A stretch of DNA of 63,680 nucleotides, filler included, from Octopus bimaculoides (Eukaryota), in the NCBI RefSeq assembly GCF_001194135.2. It is 4 parts of 4 records of this genome, joined end to end, with 100 filler letters (N's around TTAATTAATTAA, not from the genome) between each part and the next. Parts side by side here need not be neighbours in the genome. Positions count along the whole stretch, not along the records: positions 1 to 27,181 come from NC_069001.1; positions 27,282 to 45,990 come from NC_068987.1; 2 more parts are not named here. One strand, given 5' to 3'. The translations under genes and the position numbers were made by a program. Every line of letters starts with the position of its first letter. Positions within the stretch are counted from its first letter, which is position 1. Under the pieces are notes generated by a model, which saw only the letters and a program-made list of their open reading frames with translations, had not been told where the DNA came from and ran no database searches. Below, in pieces: positions 25,981 to 38,987 of the stretch.

Positions 25981-26246
25981 ATTATATATACAAAGGTATA
26001 TATGTGTGTGTGTGTATGTGTGTATGTGTGTGTGTGTGAGTGCGTGTGTATGTATACACAATTAAGGATAAAATTATTATAAAATAACGATCTTATCAGT
26101 GGCCAACATGTAATAAAAAGCATAAAGGTAAGAATTAATATAGATATATAATTATCAATAATATTAATACGCTAACTTTTGTTTTTGTGAGTACCTGTTG
26201 TGTGCATCACACTTACTTCAAAGAAGTAGCAAAGCGAGAGAGCGGA

Positions 26247-26287
<41 letters not shown>

Positions 26288-26614
26288 GAGTGAGAGAGAA
26301 AGTGAGAGAATGAGAGCGAAAGAGAGAGACTGAAAGAGACAGTGAGTGGTGACGGCGTTCGTTTTGTGTTTTTAAATGTTTATCACATCGCAGGAGAAGT
26401 AGATACACATTGCTTAATCAAGAGCGGGAGAAAGAGAAACACGAAGGAAGTGAAAGAGAAAGAGAGAAAGTGAAAGCGACAGTAAATACATGAATCCAAA
26501 GAAAAGTTCATACATAGATACATACACACAGCAAATATTGGATGTCAATTTCACTTCTTATTACCACACGAGGATAAAATTAACTCACAAATGCCTGAGT
26601 ACGCCACATACGTG

Positions 26615-27105
26615 CATAACATTAGCGTAGTTCTCAGGGAGATTCAGCCTCACACAGATTATGACAGAAGTATGTGAAGGGTTAGCATGTCTGTGGAGCA
26701 CTCAGCCACTTGCACGTTAATCTCACAAGCAAGCTGTTCCATTGATCGGATCAGCTGGAACCTTCGTCGTCGTAAGCGACGGAGTGCCAGTTTTTTATGC
26801 TTATACATACATACATACATACATACATACATACATACATACATAAATACATACATACATACATACATACATGTATGTATTATGTATGTATAGGCGCATT
26901 GCTTAGTGGTTAGATTGTTGCACCCACGATCGCAAGCTTGTTGGTTCGACTCCCAGGCCTGGTGGTTTGTTCTGTTCTAGAGCAAAACGCTTTATTTCAC
27001 GTTGCTCCAGTCCCACTTTCGATCAGAGGGAGATCGTTGGCCTGCTCGCCTAGCCAGTCGGGTGCTGCACATTACGACCAGCGATGTGTAACAACTTGGT
27101 AGGTC
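26615..27105 (+). mobile_element. SINE family C tail fragment, (TACA)n tract and a second family C head
   Basis: The tail cagccacttgcacgttaat...ggaaccttcgtcgtcgtaagcgacggagtgcc matches 55385-55475. Head ggcgcattgcttagtggttag...ggttcgactccc at 26893. Confidence 0.8.
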
Positions 27106-27225
27106 ATATGATCACGTGATGTATATATGTGTGTGATCACAATATACATATATATATGTATATATTTATATATATATATATNNNNNNNNNNNNNNNNNNN
27201 NNNNNNNNNNNNNNNNNNNNNNNNN

Positions 27226-27237
27226 TTAATTAATTAA
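27226..27237. other. Assembly spacer TTAATTAATTAA inside 44N+12+44N (also 46035-46046 and 58288-58299)
   Basis: Identical 100-bp structure three times. It puts stops in all six frames, so it is a scaffolding artefact and not genomic DNA. Confidence 0.95.
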
Positions 27238-27301
27238 NNNNNNNNNNNNNNNNNNNNNNNNNNNNNNNNNNNNNNNNNNNNATATATATATATATATATA
27301 T

Positions 27302-29488
27302 AACCCCAGAAGACATTGACATATATTTACAAAACTTTATGACAATGATGCATGACATCTGTAGTAAGTTTGCTTCAGAGAGAATGCGAAGCCAGGAGAA
27401 AAATATAATACTTAGGGACAGGTGGATTCTAATGAGACGACGAGCAAAAATCTGAATTCGTCTAATTGGGCCACTAAGTAACAAACGATCCCAGCCCAAA
27501 TAAAAATTGCTCGAGGTCGAAAATGAACTCAAATGCTCCCATGAAATGGAGAGGGCAGAAAAGGAGGCTAAGGCTGTCAAACATTTTAAGGAAAAGCCTT
27601 TTATACGTATGCAAAGAATCTGCTTCAGTATGGTACAAAATAGGGCCACGACCTGAAGAAAATGGCTTACAGACTGCAGACCTGCGGAGGATCAGTGAAA
27701 TACTGAATGTGCAATACAAGAGTGCTTTCACCACTTCACTGGAACACTTGCAAGTAGCTATGCCCGATGAGGTTTTTGGCTCCACAGATCTACACAACAG
27801 AATAGCAATTATTGACAGCATAACATAGAGGATGAGCTCAGGGATGAGATGAGCTCAAGCACAGCAACAGGCTCTGATGGACTCTCTGCAATCCTCCTAA
27901 AGAAGTGCAAAGGGGCTCTAGCTAGACTACTTCAGATTCTCTTCCAGAGCTTTCTCACAACAGGAAGACTTCCTAAAAAGCTAAAGGAAGGCATTATATG
28001 CCCTGTCCATAAGGGAGGTAGCAGAGTAGACGCTAAGAATTCCCATGACTGCAAAATCATGGAGTGTATTGTCAGGAAGAAACTAATTGTGTTACTTGAA
28101 GACAATGGCTTGCTTCCTGACACCTAGCATGGCTTTCGCTCAGGTAAAAGCTGATTTACACAGCTTTTACAACACTATGACTGAGTGTTAAAGCAATTAA
28201 TGAATCGTTCAAATATAGATGTGATGTATCTGAACTTTGCAAAGGCCTTTGATAAGGTTGATCTTGGGATGATATGTCACAAATTACGGAGACTCGGAAT
28301 AACTGTGAAAACTGGAGAGTGGTTGCATGACTTCTTAAACGACAGAAGCTAGGCTGTAGCAGCCATCAGAGCCCTCTCTGCGGAGAATTGATAGAAAATG
28401 GAGTGCCTCAGAGAACTGTGTTGAGACCACTACTGTTCATGATGGATCTTTCAGATATGCCATCAATTACACAGATAGCCACACTTACACGCTATGCCGA
28501 CGATACGAAAGTAGTCCAAGCAGTCAAGGAACCTTCTGATGCTAATCTTCTACAGAAAAATCTAGATACCATATATAAATGAGCTGAGGACAACAACATG
28601 CAATTTAATGCAGGCAAATTGCAAGCTCTGCGCTAACAGCTAATTGATGCTCAGAAGTCACAACAACGATGTTTTGGACCAAAAGGAGCGGTAATCCTAG
28701 AATCACATACGGTGCGTGAACATGGGATTGATATGAGCAACGATGCCTCGTCTCACATGCACCAAGCTGGTGGCAGTGTGCAGGTGAATGGCCGGATGAA
28801 TTCTGAGAACCTTCAGAACAAGCGACCAAGAAACTATGCTGGTCCTATGGAGGACACTTCTCCTTAGCCGTCTGGACTACTGTTCTCAACTGTGGACACT
28901 TTACACTGTAGGATTAATAGTAGGACTTGAGGCGGTTCAGCGATGCTACACGAGGAAGATTGCATCAATGAAACAGCTGAACTACAGGGTGAGATTGAAA
29001 GAGCCACGACTCTACTCCCTGCAGCGAAGATGGAAGAGGTAAGCTGTGACATATGCTTGGAAGATACTGGGGGGGGGGGGGTGGCACCAAACATTGGAAT
29101 TGAGAGTTGTACCAGACCTCGAAATGGACGTCACTGCACTGTTCCAAAAGTCCCAGCTGTCTCATCTAAGGCGAGGGACATGTACTGCAATAGCTTGGGA
29201 TTGAAGGGTCCACAGCAATTTAACTCCTTGCCAAAATATTTGCGGTGTCTTCATGGAATGGGAATAGATTTTTTCAATAAACAATTTGACCTTTTGCTAT
29301 CCCAAATCCCTGATGAAACAATATCAAGGCAGGAAACTCAAAAGAGGACGGCGACATCGAACTCTCTCCAAAACTCAAAGCCACAGAATTGGCCATTTAA
29401 CAGGTATTACACAGGCGGTGCCCCAGCCTGGCCGCAGTTTTGTGGCTGCGGCCAGATATAAAAGAATAACAGAATAAAAGAATAACAG
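27302..29488 (+). mobile_element. Degenerate CR1/L2-group LINE (linker, RT, 3' UTR with stem-loop)
   Basis: ATGSDG...LLKKC, HGFRSGKS, DVMYLNFAKAFDKVD, GVPQRTVLRPLLF, YADDTKV, SRLDYCSQLW...LEAVQR...LYSLQRR. Many stops and small deletions; the tail is (aaagaataacag)-like. Confidence 0.92.
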
Positions 29489-30569
29489 TTCTGAAAGTCT
29501 AGACAAATGTTGGAAGGCATTACACCGAAAATAATTACATCTTTTTTTCAAGCAGACAGTAATTTAGACTGTGTTCCGCAATACTGATGTCATTTATATG
29601 TTAGTTGTCATAATTACTTTTCTAGTGATTACTTCATTATTGTAGAGGAGTTTCATGACGATTGTCTTCTTGTAATGGATAACACGTAAGGTTTCGTAGT
29701 CGCTGATGTCATAGTGTTAGTGGTGTTCGCAATGATAGTGACGCTTCTTTGTTCTAGCGATTGGCGTGAATTGCAGTGGTAGTCGTGATCTTAGCGACAT
29801 TGGTAATTCAGGCCCGTGACATTGGTATTGGAATGGTCACCCGTACCTTTGTTGTGTTGGTAAAGGTGGTGAAATTTTAATACTCGATGTATTGATGTTT
29901 GAAATGGTGATTGCTGTTGTGTTAGTGGTGTTAAGAATGATGGTGACACATTTCGATTCGAGGTATTAGTGTTATTTGCTGCAATTATAGGATTCAACAC
30001 TAATAATAAGTAGAACTTATTAATATCGGTGTGATATCCATTTTTAAGATAACTTTCCATCATTCTCTTACCTTAAATAGGAGCCTGATTAAGAACTCGA
30101 ATTCTGTTCGTTTTACTCATCTAAGGCAGGAAACCAAATCTAGATTTGTTTGAACGCACTTATGAAAAAATGCATTCCAGCTTGGATAATTTAGTCATTG
30201 TATCAATCATATCTTGGCTGCGACGACATTATCTAATTTGTTCTTCGTATGCTTAAGATGTTAGTTTGTAATCTGACAGTAGTTTAACTGCTGTTACTTG
30301 CAGGTTGAAAGACTGCGTAGATACAACTTTCTCGTTGATCAGCTTCGATAGAATACATATATGATCAAATGTATTCTAGCCAGCCACGGCCATCCCACTT
30401 ATCCTCTGTACACTATATTGCCCAAGATGTTTTTTTTTTCTTTTCCTTCTAACTAAAATTGAAGGCTTCGATTCGAGCGAGCGAAAACCAGTTGAGAACT
30501 GCAATAAATGTATCTCTTGTTGAAGATATAGTCATTCAACTGGTATTTTATCTGTATATGCATTGATTA

Positions 30570-30572
30570 TAG

Positions 30573-30652
<80 letters not shown>

Positions 30653-30790
30653 GTTGTTGTTGTTATTATTATTATTATTATCATTATCATCATCATCATC
30701 ATCATTATCATCATCATTATCATTATTATTATTATTGTTGTTGTTATTATTATTATTATCATTATTATCATCATCATCATCATTATCATC

Positions 30791-30864
<74 letters not shown>

Positions 30865-30892
30865 CATCATCATTAACATCATCATCATCATC
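30570..30892. repeat. Compound (ATT)/(GTT)/(ATC)n microsatellite
   Basis: Directly visible; it produces the poly-I/L/N ORFs in the ORF track. Confidence 0.95.
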
Positions 30893-31454
30893 GTTTTTAT
30901 TTTGCTGAATTAATAGTCGAGGTGCTAATGTTTGTGTCAACATGTAAGAAAAATGTAATTTTCCCTGTTGAAGTTGTTGTACCACTTCTGTTTCCTGACC
31001 AAACCCAATCAGAATCAAACATTCATAACATTCGATAATTGAATTTCTCTCATTATTTTTCCCCCTCAGCTTTTGATTTATTTACTGTTTGTAATATATT
31101 CTTGATAAACGTTGAATTTTAATCTATTTAGTCTTGTATATTTATTGAAGGTTATTGTTCATTGTTTTGTTTTTCGTTTCTATTTGTTATTTGCTGTGAT
31201 TTCTTTTTTTTTTTTTTTTTTTTCTTTACTTTACAGCGGAGATTTGATTCCTGAAAGTCTCTAAGGAATTAACAAAAAAAACCATTAACTCAAGAATAAT
31301 TAACTCGACAATTATCTATTCACTTTTTATAATTTCAGGGGAAATTTCTCTCTGTGTGTGTATGTGCATGTATTTGCGTGTTTGTGTGTCTGTGCGTGTT
31401 TGTGTGTCTGTGCGTATGTGTACGTGTTTGCTTCATGTGTTTTTGTAGATCATG

Positions 31455-31502
<48 letters not shown>

Positions 31503-32704
31503 CGTGTCACTTTGTGTTTGTGCTTGAATTTGTGTGTATGTGTATATAGGAGATTGCAAGCTTAGATTGCTGTTTTCCGTATGTTCAGTTATGTATTTCT
31601 GCATAGTGTAAATGCTACTGAACATCTAGACTAGACTGCATTATATTATTATCTAAAACACTACAGTATTATCACGGGTATCAGCCAAATATTATCACCA
31701 ACATAAATATAACATTTACACCAATATAGATAGAACGCAAATTATCTCACCATCAATAAAATTCTCTCATCAATACCAGTTGAATTTTATCACTATCATC
31801 AATATGTTATCATCAACATGAATATAACATCATCACCACCACAAGGACAATATTGTTACACCGTCAGTATACTATCCCTATCAATATCAGTTGAATATTA
31901 TCACAACTATCAACACATTATCACCAGCATATCAACAATATCATTACAAATACCAGTTCAATATAATTACAGCAGCGATATAATAACTCGAATGCCGCTA
32001 CTTTATTACCAATAACGTTAATAGTATATGTTTCCTCAAAATCAAAACAATATTATAACTTCATCAATGAAATATTTTCATTAATAATAATAATAAAAGA
32101 GTATTATCATGCAAATCAAACATAACACGAAAGAGAGAGACTTCAAAACTATTGCTATGTATTATCAATATTTTCCTTCTATACAGCTGCTTTATAAATG
32201 GCGTATCTTCGTATTACAAATTGATTTCTAGCTCTAAAACAAAGAATAAACTTTCGCCAAGGGAATCGAAATGTTTGAGGTCTAAGCATAATTTCATAAG
32301 TATGATTTGAACACATTGATTTTTGAGGCAAAACGATTGCAAAGCACGAAATTAACAAATACACACGTGGTTTAACTTAGATAAATGAAGTATAAGAGTT
32401 GTAAAGGAAAACAAAAATTAATGAGAAAATGTTTGTATTGAATTTTGTGATAATATGACCAGGCAAAGCGTATGGTCGCAGACATGGTTCTGAAATTGAT
32501 ATATTCAAATAAATGACGTGATATCGAGAAACAGTGGTTCGAGAAACAGTTTTTGATACTGTAATTAACCAAACTCGGAATGATATGATTAAGTATGTGT
32601 TTTATGGTAGTAGTACAGTACTGATACACTTCAACGACTGAAAGCAGGGAAAAAATAAAAGAATATGTAAATAATTAACAGTGCATGAAGACGAGTTAAA
32701 TTAG

Positions 32705-32945
32705 TACATTTCAGCTTTGACTTGCTTCAGTTATTAGAGTGTGGCTGTGCTGGAGAACCGGCTTAAATAGTTTTATCCAAATAAACAGAACCCATTTTCG
32801 TGTTAATATTAATGAAGAGGTATTTATTCTATCGGTTTTTTGCCGTAGCGCTAAATTGCAGGAACATAAGCAAAGCAACACCGGTTGTTAAGCGCTATGT
32901 TGGGCAAACACAAAGAGACACAACATCCATACATACGCACACACA
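32705..32945 (-). mobile_element. Diverged SINE family B 3' half
   Basis: gtggctgtgctggagaaccggctt...ctatcggttttttgccgtagcgctaa...caacaccggttgttaagcgct. Confidence 0.7.
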
Positions 32946-33445
32946 CATATGTTTATACATATGTACACATACACACGTTGAAAGTTCGAGACGGAGTAAT
33001 AAACAGTCGACAACTGAGGAGAGGTTAGACTTCTTTTGGTATTTTGTCCCGTATTTGTCTCTCATTATATGTTTACGTATTTTTCACTCACTGGTGATGT
33101 CCTGTACTTGATGTAATTTATATATATTTGTCCAGAATCACGCCGAACGCGAAGGAGGAGAGAAAATATTAATTCAGTGAAAGAGATGTAGTGAGAGTAA
33201 CGGCACTGACTGAGAGGGTATGAGAGAAAGTAATAGCAATGAGAGAAAGGAAGGAGTGACAGATGAATAAGGAAGGAAGGAGTGAAAAAAATCAGCGTTT
33301 CAACTCTCTCTGAGTGTATGTGTGTATGTGTGTGCCTGTACAATTAAAGCATGTGTACGTGTGTTTATTATGTATCTTATTTTGCACCTTATTTATATAT
33401 AAATACTACAGTTAGCTGTCATTATTGACGGCTCGTAGTCAGCTA

Positions 33446-33497
<52 letters not shown>

Positions 33498-33844
33498 GCA
33501 CACACAAACTTGCTCGTACACACATATGATGCGCTTGAACATAATCCATTCAACGAAGCTCACTAACAAGGCATTGGGTAATTAGTCTGCCCTGAACTAA
33601 AGTAGAATACACAAGCCCAGGGAGGGACGGAATTAGAAACCACATGGATGCAAAGCGAGCTTCCTTTCTAAAAGCGAGGCGTGAACATGTTAGGAAGTAT
33701 TCAATGAAAAGATGCAATCATATGACGGGGAAATTTCATTAAGTCCGTAATTAATCAATTGGGCAAAATGCAAAAGACAATTTCTCTACCTACCTGTCAG
33801 ACTGTCTGTGTTTCGGTTTGGCTGTCTCTGTCTGTCTGTCTGTC

Positions 33845-33891
<47 letters not shown>

Positions 33892-35208
33892 GTTTTCTTT
33901 CTTTCTCTCTCTCTGTTTCTTTCTTTCTCTCTCTCTGTTTCTTTCTTTCTCTCTCTCTTTCTCTTTCTCACGCTCTCACTCTCTCACAAAGGCACACACA
34001 CACAGATACGCATACACACGCGCGTATATATATATACGTATATGTATGTGTGTGAGTGTGTGTGTGTGTGTGTGTGTGCATGCGTGTGTGTGTATGTATA
34101 AACATTCGTACGGGCATGCCTGCCTGTTTAAAAAACACATACATACATGCACAGACACACACACACACACAAACACATTGGATTATTTGAAACGCATTTA
34201 TGTCCTTTAATTATTGTTTCTTTACGTAACATGAGGGTAGTGTGCGCCTCTTTCGCATGTTTTGCTATGATAAACTTCTATATCCATCCGTTTACACTAT
34301 TGTACATGGTGCTTCTGTTTATAATTCATTTAGGGTATACCCTATGTTTTGCATTTGTATTCTAATAAGACTGAATAAATTTCCGTTTTCTATACTCGTA
34401 AATATATCTCTGGTGTCCGTGAAATTACTGTATCTCATGCACATTTTCAATTCCTTGTACCATATATATATATATACATGTATATATATATATATATAAA
34501 GATATATGATTTATATAAAAATATGTATCTAAAACGTTGTTGACATAAATCTCTCAAGTACCAAACCTACAGAACTTGACAAATTTCATATTATAAACAC
34601 ATAAACAAAGTAACGAAAATTTATAGATATATTTAATAGACTGCAATAACAGCAATATCTGAAGATGAAAATGTAGACAATTGCTAAAACTTAGAATTAT
34701 AACTTTGGGCTATAAATGTCATTACACTAAACCCCAGCAGAGAAGCACTACTTATGAATTAAACACTAGTAATTAAAAAAAAAAATTTAATAATATTGAA
34801 ATAATGGCTTTAGGTGGAGAACTACTCGTGTATACTGATTAAGAAAATAATAAAACAGCATCACAAATATATAAGCAATAACATTATAGAATCCAACCTA
34901 TTGGTATTGACAAAGCAAAATACAAAATTACTAATATAATATACATTGTAACAAGAACACAAGACCACACTTCCACACCTACTGCTTATACGCATGCACA
35001 TATACGCACACATACACAAACATATATATATATCTATGTGTGTGTGTGTGTGTGTGGGTGTGTGTGTGCGTGTGTGTGTGTGTGCATTTCCTTTATTTCA
35101 TTTTTACATTACCACGAGTAACAACCTGACAGAATTGTATTCACATCGATGAACGAACTCGTACTAATATCGTCTTACAGTCTTTGTGAAAACGCATAAT
35201 GAGAAGTA

Positions 35209-35259
<51 letters not shown>

Positions 35260-35794
35260 GCAGCTACACCAAAGGTCGTGAATCCGCCATCATTTATTGA
35301 CTAAAGAAATCAAGAGAACCAATATTAGAACCTCTCGGACTTATAGTAATACAATATATAGTTATAGTAATAATTGGGAAACCATAGTAGTGAACTAGTA
35401 ATTAATAAGATGGGGATCATAGTAGTAATACTGAAATTATAATAGTGAACAATAATTACCCAGAATAATTAACAAATGGCGTTGTGAAACCGTCGAGTCG
35501 ACAGTGACTAAGCCGGCAACCACACTAAGCTTGCTTCGTGAGGAGGGTGGATTTTCGACACCATGCGGATCTAAAAACAAAACTCGGTAAAGGACAGAGG
35601 AACTTAAAAGTGTCAATAAACATTCCGAAAACGGGTAGACAGAACACGTGAGCCTTGGTTGGCAATCTGTCTAAGAGTAAGAATACTCTGATTTCAAAAC
35701 CGGATTCCTTAGTCACAATGGTCACGCCTGACTCCTTCGCGTAACCAACAAGGGAAGTTTGGGAAAAGGTGAGTATCTGGCGCCAGCCAAATAA

Positions 35795-36150
35795 CCAGTG
35801 CCCACGGTTATATGTCCAGTCATTGATGTAACCATACGAAACGATATGAATGCTGTGAGTAAAGAGGTTGAAATAATCATCAAGTACTCCGAATTGAAAG
35901 TGGAAATGGCAAGACTGTATGGAATGCGAGAGAGTAATGTAAAGGGGATACCAGTTGTGATCGGAGCGTTGGGCTCAATTGCATTGACACTTCAAGACTT
36001 CTTAAGGCAACTAGAAATCCCATGCAGGATTGATGACTTGCAAAAAGCAGCCTTATTGGGCACAAGCACATATCTTAAGGAAAATATTATCTGTCTGAGG
36101 TCCTTGTCGTGGCTTTACAGATGGTTAAACACCCCGGTGCATTTTACCTA
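35795..36150 (+). mobile_element. R4/Dong-like non-LTR element, C-terminal restriction-like endonuclease end and 3' UTR
   Basis: IDVTIRND...KYSELKVEMARL...IPVVIGALGSI...DLQKAALLGT then ahILRKILSV* after a frameshift, ending at an (AAT)n tract. Confidence 0.85.
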
Positions 36151-36209
36151 CAGTGTTACGAAGAAATAACAATAATAATAACAGCGAGAACAACAATAAT
36201 AATAATAAT

Positions 36210-38260
36210 AGATCACATCAGCAATGAAGTGTTAGATCAAATACTAGAACAATATCTAATACACCTACATCAACCCTTCCACGAAAGAGCCCCACTTTCA
36301 AAAATTATTGATACTAATAAGAACAGAAAAGTAATCAAAGAAGTTGATGAAACACTTGGAAAGCTGATACGACAGCGCCTTGAGAATAGTAGAGAAAATT
36401 CCCTCTGAGTGATTGATCAACTCATTTACTCAGTCGCTTATATTGCAACTCAGAAATGCGGCATTAAAATTGGAGATATACAAAAAAAAAAGTGCAACGT
36501 ACACAAACAGCCTACATAGATGGAAAGATTAAACTGGCAAATAATCCAACTGATAGCAGATATATCTTTTTTACTTGAAGCATGCGAATGGAAAACTAAT
36601 AAACCCAACAACCAATAAGAATAATTGCTAAACATGACCTTAACAAGGAAACAAAGAATACATATTGAAATCCTCAAATAAAAACTACAATTGAAAACCA
36701 AACGACTAACACGATACAAAGAATGCTCGGCATTCAATAGAGAAAAACATAGTTTTCAAGGAGAACACAAGAATTCCACAAGTAACTGGCGAAAAATACC
36801 AATATTCTGGAAATATCTCCTCCCCAGCAGCAAAATGGATATTTTTGGAAGAACTTTTGGAGTAATCCAAAAGAGTTTAATCAGAATGCACATTGGCTCA
36901 AGGTCATAGAAGAGGCCGATGCGCACCACAAATATCAAGAATGGTAGGATATAACAACTGAAGAAGTGAAAATTAGCGCTCCCCAAGTCAGAGAAATGGA
37001 AATCCCCAGGTATAGATAAGATGGGGCTAAACTCTTTAATGAGCAGCCAACACAACTTAGCCGTGGCACTCAATGAAGTCATGTCCAACCCTGCGAAAGC
37101 CCTAAAGTGGCTTGCAAAAGGGATTACATATCTGTTACCAAAAGTAGAAAAAACTACTAAACCTGAAAAGGACCGACCCATAACATGCCTCACCACCATT
37201 TTATATATAGAGAGAAATTTAGAGAGAAATTTAGAAAGTCTCTTGGCCTACAAGTTAACAATAAGAGTGACCTAAGGCACCAAAATACTGACAGACCTAC
37301 CACTGATTCTCCTGATTTAGAAATTAACAATCAGAAAGACCAGAGAGATCCAATTAGTGACAAATCTATCATTGATGCAAACACATCAAACAAAAAGCAG
37401 AGAAGGCTTGCAAGAATAATATGGAAGACAATTGGAAAGGTAAACTCCAGTATGGAAACTACCCTAAACGCTTTCCAAGCCAGATATTGATCAAAATCAA
37501 ACACACCAATGGCTTCAAGGGACATGTATGCAAGGGGAAACAGAAGCTCGTGTTAGTGTAGTGAAGATCAGAGCTTACCTACCAGAAACGACCATTCAAA
37601 CGTCCTTAAAGAAGGATCTAACTCCACGTGCAGAATTTGCGGTAAATTGACAGAGACAATTGATTATGTTGTTTCTGGCTGCCCAGTCCTCACTGAAAAG
37701 ACTACCTCATAAGACATGACAGACTAGGGCAGTACATTAACTGGAATCCTTGTAAATAATACAAAATTAAATCCCTTGATAAGTGATAGAGGAACTATCC
37801 AGAAGAAGTAGTAAATGGTGAGGGCGTCACCATTCTTTGGAAGTTCCCTATACAAACTGACAGAAAAATTGACTCCAATCGACAAGACACTGGGATCAAG
37901 GACTGCAACAGAGGAACGTGACTGTCGATAGATGCCTCCCTACAAGATGAAAATGTCTCAAGAAAGGAATACGAAAAGCTTTCTCACTATAAGGATCTGT
38001 AAAGTGAAATCACAAAAATTAGGAAGCTGAGAAGTATATTAAGCAGCTCACTGGTGACTTCAATCTCCGTGAACTACAAAAGATAACGTTGATGGGTGCA
38101 GCCCATATACTGCAGAAAACACTCTCCATCTAAAATGGAATAAAGGTTTTGATAATTTTAGCATGCTAGTAAAACAAAAGTGCCCTTGCTAGCCTTGGAC
38201 TGTGGAGGATGCCAGGTACTAAGGCAACTGAAATAAAGTTATAATAAAACGAAATCATAA
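36210..38260 (+). mobile_element. Second R4/Dong-like non-LTR element, 5'-truncated, RT core deleted
   Basis: KSPGIDK, WLAKGITYLLPK...RPITCLTT, DQSLPTRN, CRICG..TETIDYVVSGCP, RHDRL, TDRKIDSNRQD and EKLSHYKDL motifs (CCHC, RHD and PD-type RLE), flanked by AAT/GAT repeats. Confidence 0.88.
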
Positions 38261-38263
38261 ATA

Positions 38264-38310
<47 letters not shown>

Positions 38311-38357
38311 AATAATAATAATAATAATAATAATGATCATGATCATGATAATAATAA

Positions 38358-38908
38358 TGGATATCCTGATGGAATACCAGACGCACTGGTTTCCATAGTT
38401 TCTGATATTAACTGATTGGAAGTGTTATCTTGCACATTGTTTTCTCCTGGTATAAAAGATGGGCTATAAAGAGATTTGCTTGTCAGTTGTTTGACCATAA
38501 CAAGTTGAACATGTACCTTGGTGACTGACAATATGTGCATTTATGATAATGAGAAGAAGTACTGGAGGAGCATCACAGCCCATGTGCTGAGAGTCATTAT
38601 TTGGGGCTCGAGTAATTCATGAGTAATTCATATATGGAAGCATGGTTATTTCGTTCAACATCCTTAAACAAACCTTATTCAGGGACCTTTTGGGTGGGAT
38701 GAGCTACTTGACACGAAGAAAATCCTAACCGGGCCCCACCTGCGAGGTCATGCGCTGTTTGTCTTGATATGAAATCACCATGTCACGCACATGCTTGGTA
38801 TGCATGTGCCTGGTGTACCCTTATCAGAAGGATAGTCATGTTGGGTACCTTGGGTAACGTATATTTGTACCTCAGTGTCACTTTGATGGAATGTGCTGCT
38901 CTCTCACT
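38358..38908 (+). repeat. Interspersed repeat of unknown class (partial copies at 58540-58716 + and 12760-12935 -)
   Basis: Shared ggtataaaagatgggcta...cttgtcagttgtttgaccataac and atcaccatgtc.cgcacat blocks; ends in A/(AAT)n. Confidence 0.75.
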
Positions 38909-38920
38909 CAAAAAAAAAAA

Positions 38921-38987
<67 letters not shown>

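Noticed and set aside
30532-31018. Poly-I, poly-L and poly-N/D ORFs (and the many VC/TH/YI/SL ORFs elsewhere)
   Set aside because: Translations of microsatellites.
20914-32299. Phase-compatible chain of small + strand exon candidates (about 20914-21000, 23108-23226, 23584-23633, 32187-32299)
   Set aside because: Donors are weak (GTAATA, GTACAC, GTTTCA), frames were picked after the fact, and the joined peptide resembles nothing I recognise.
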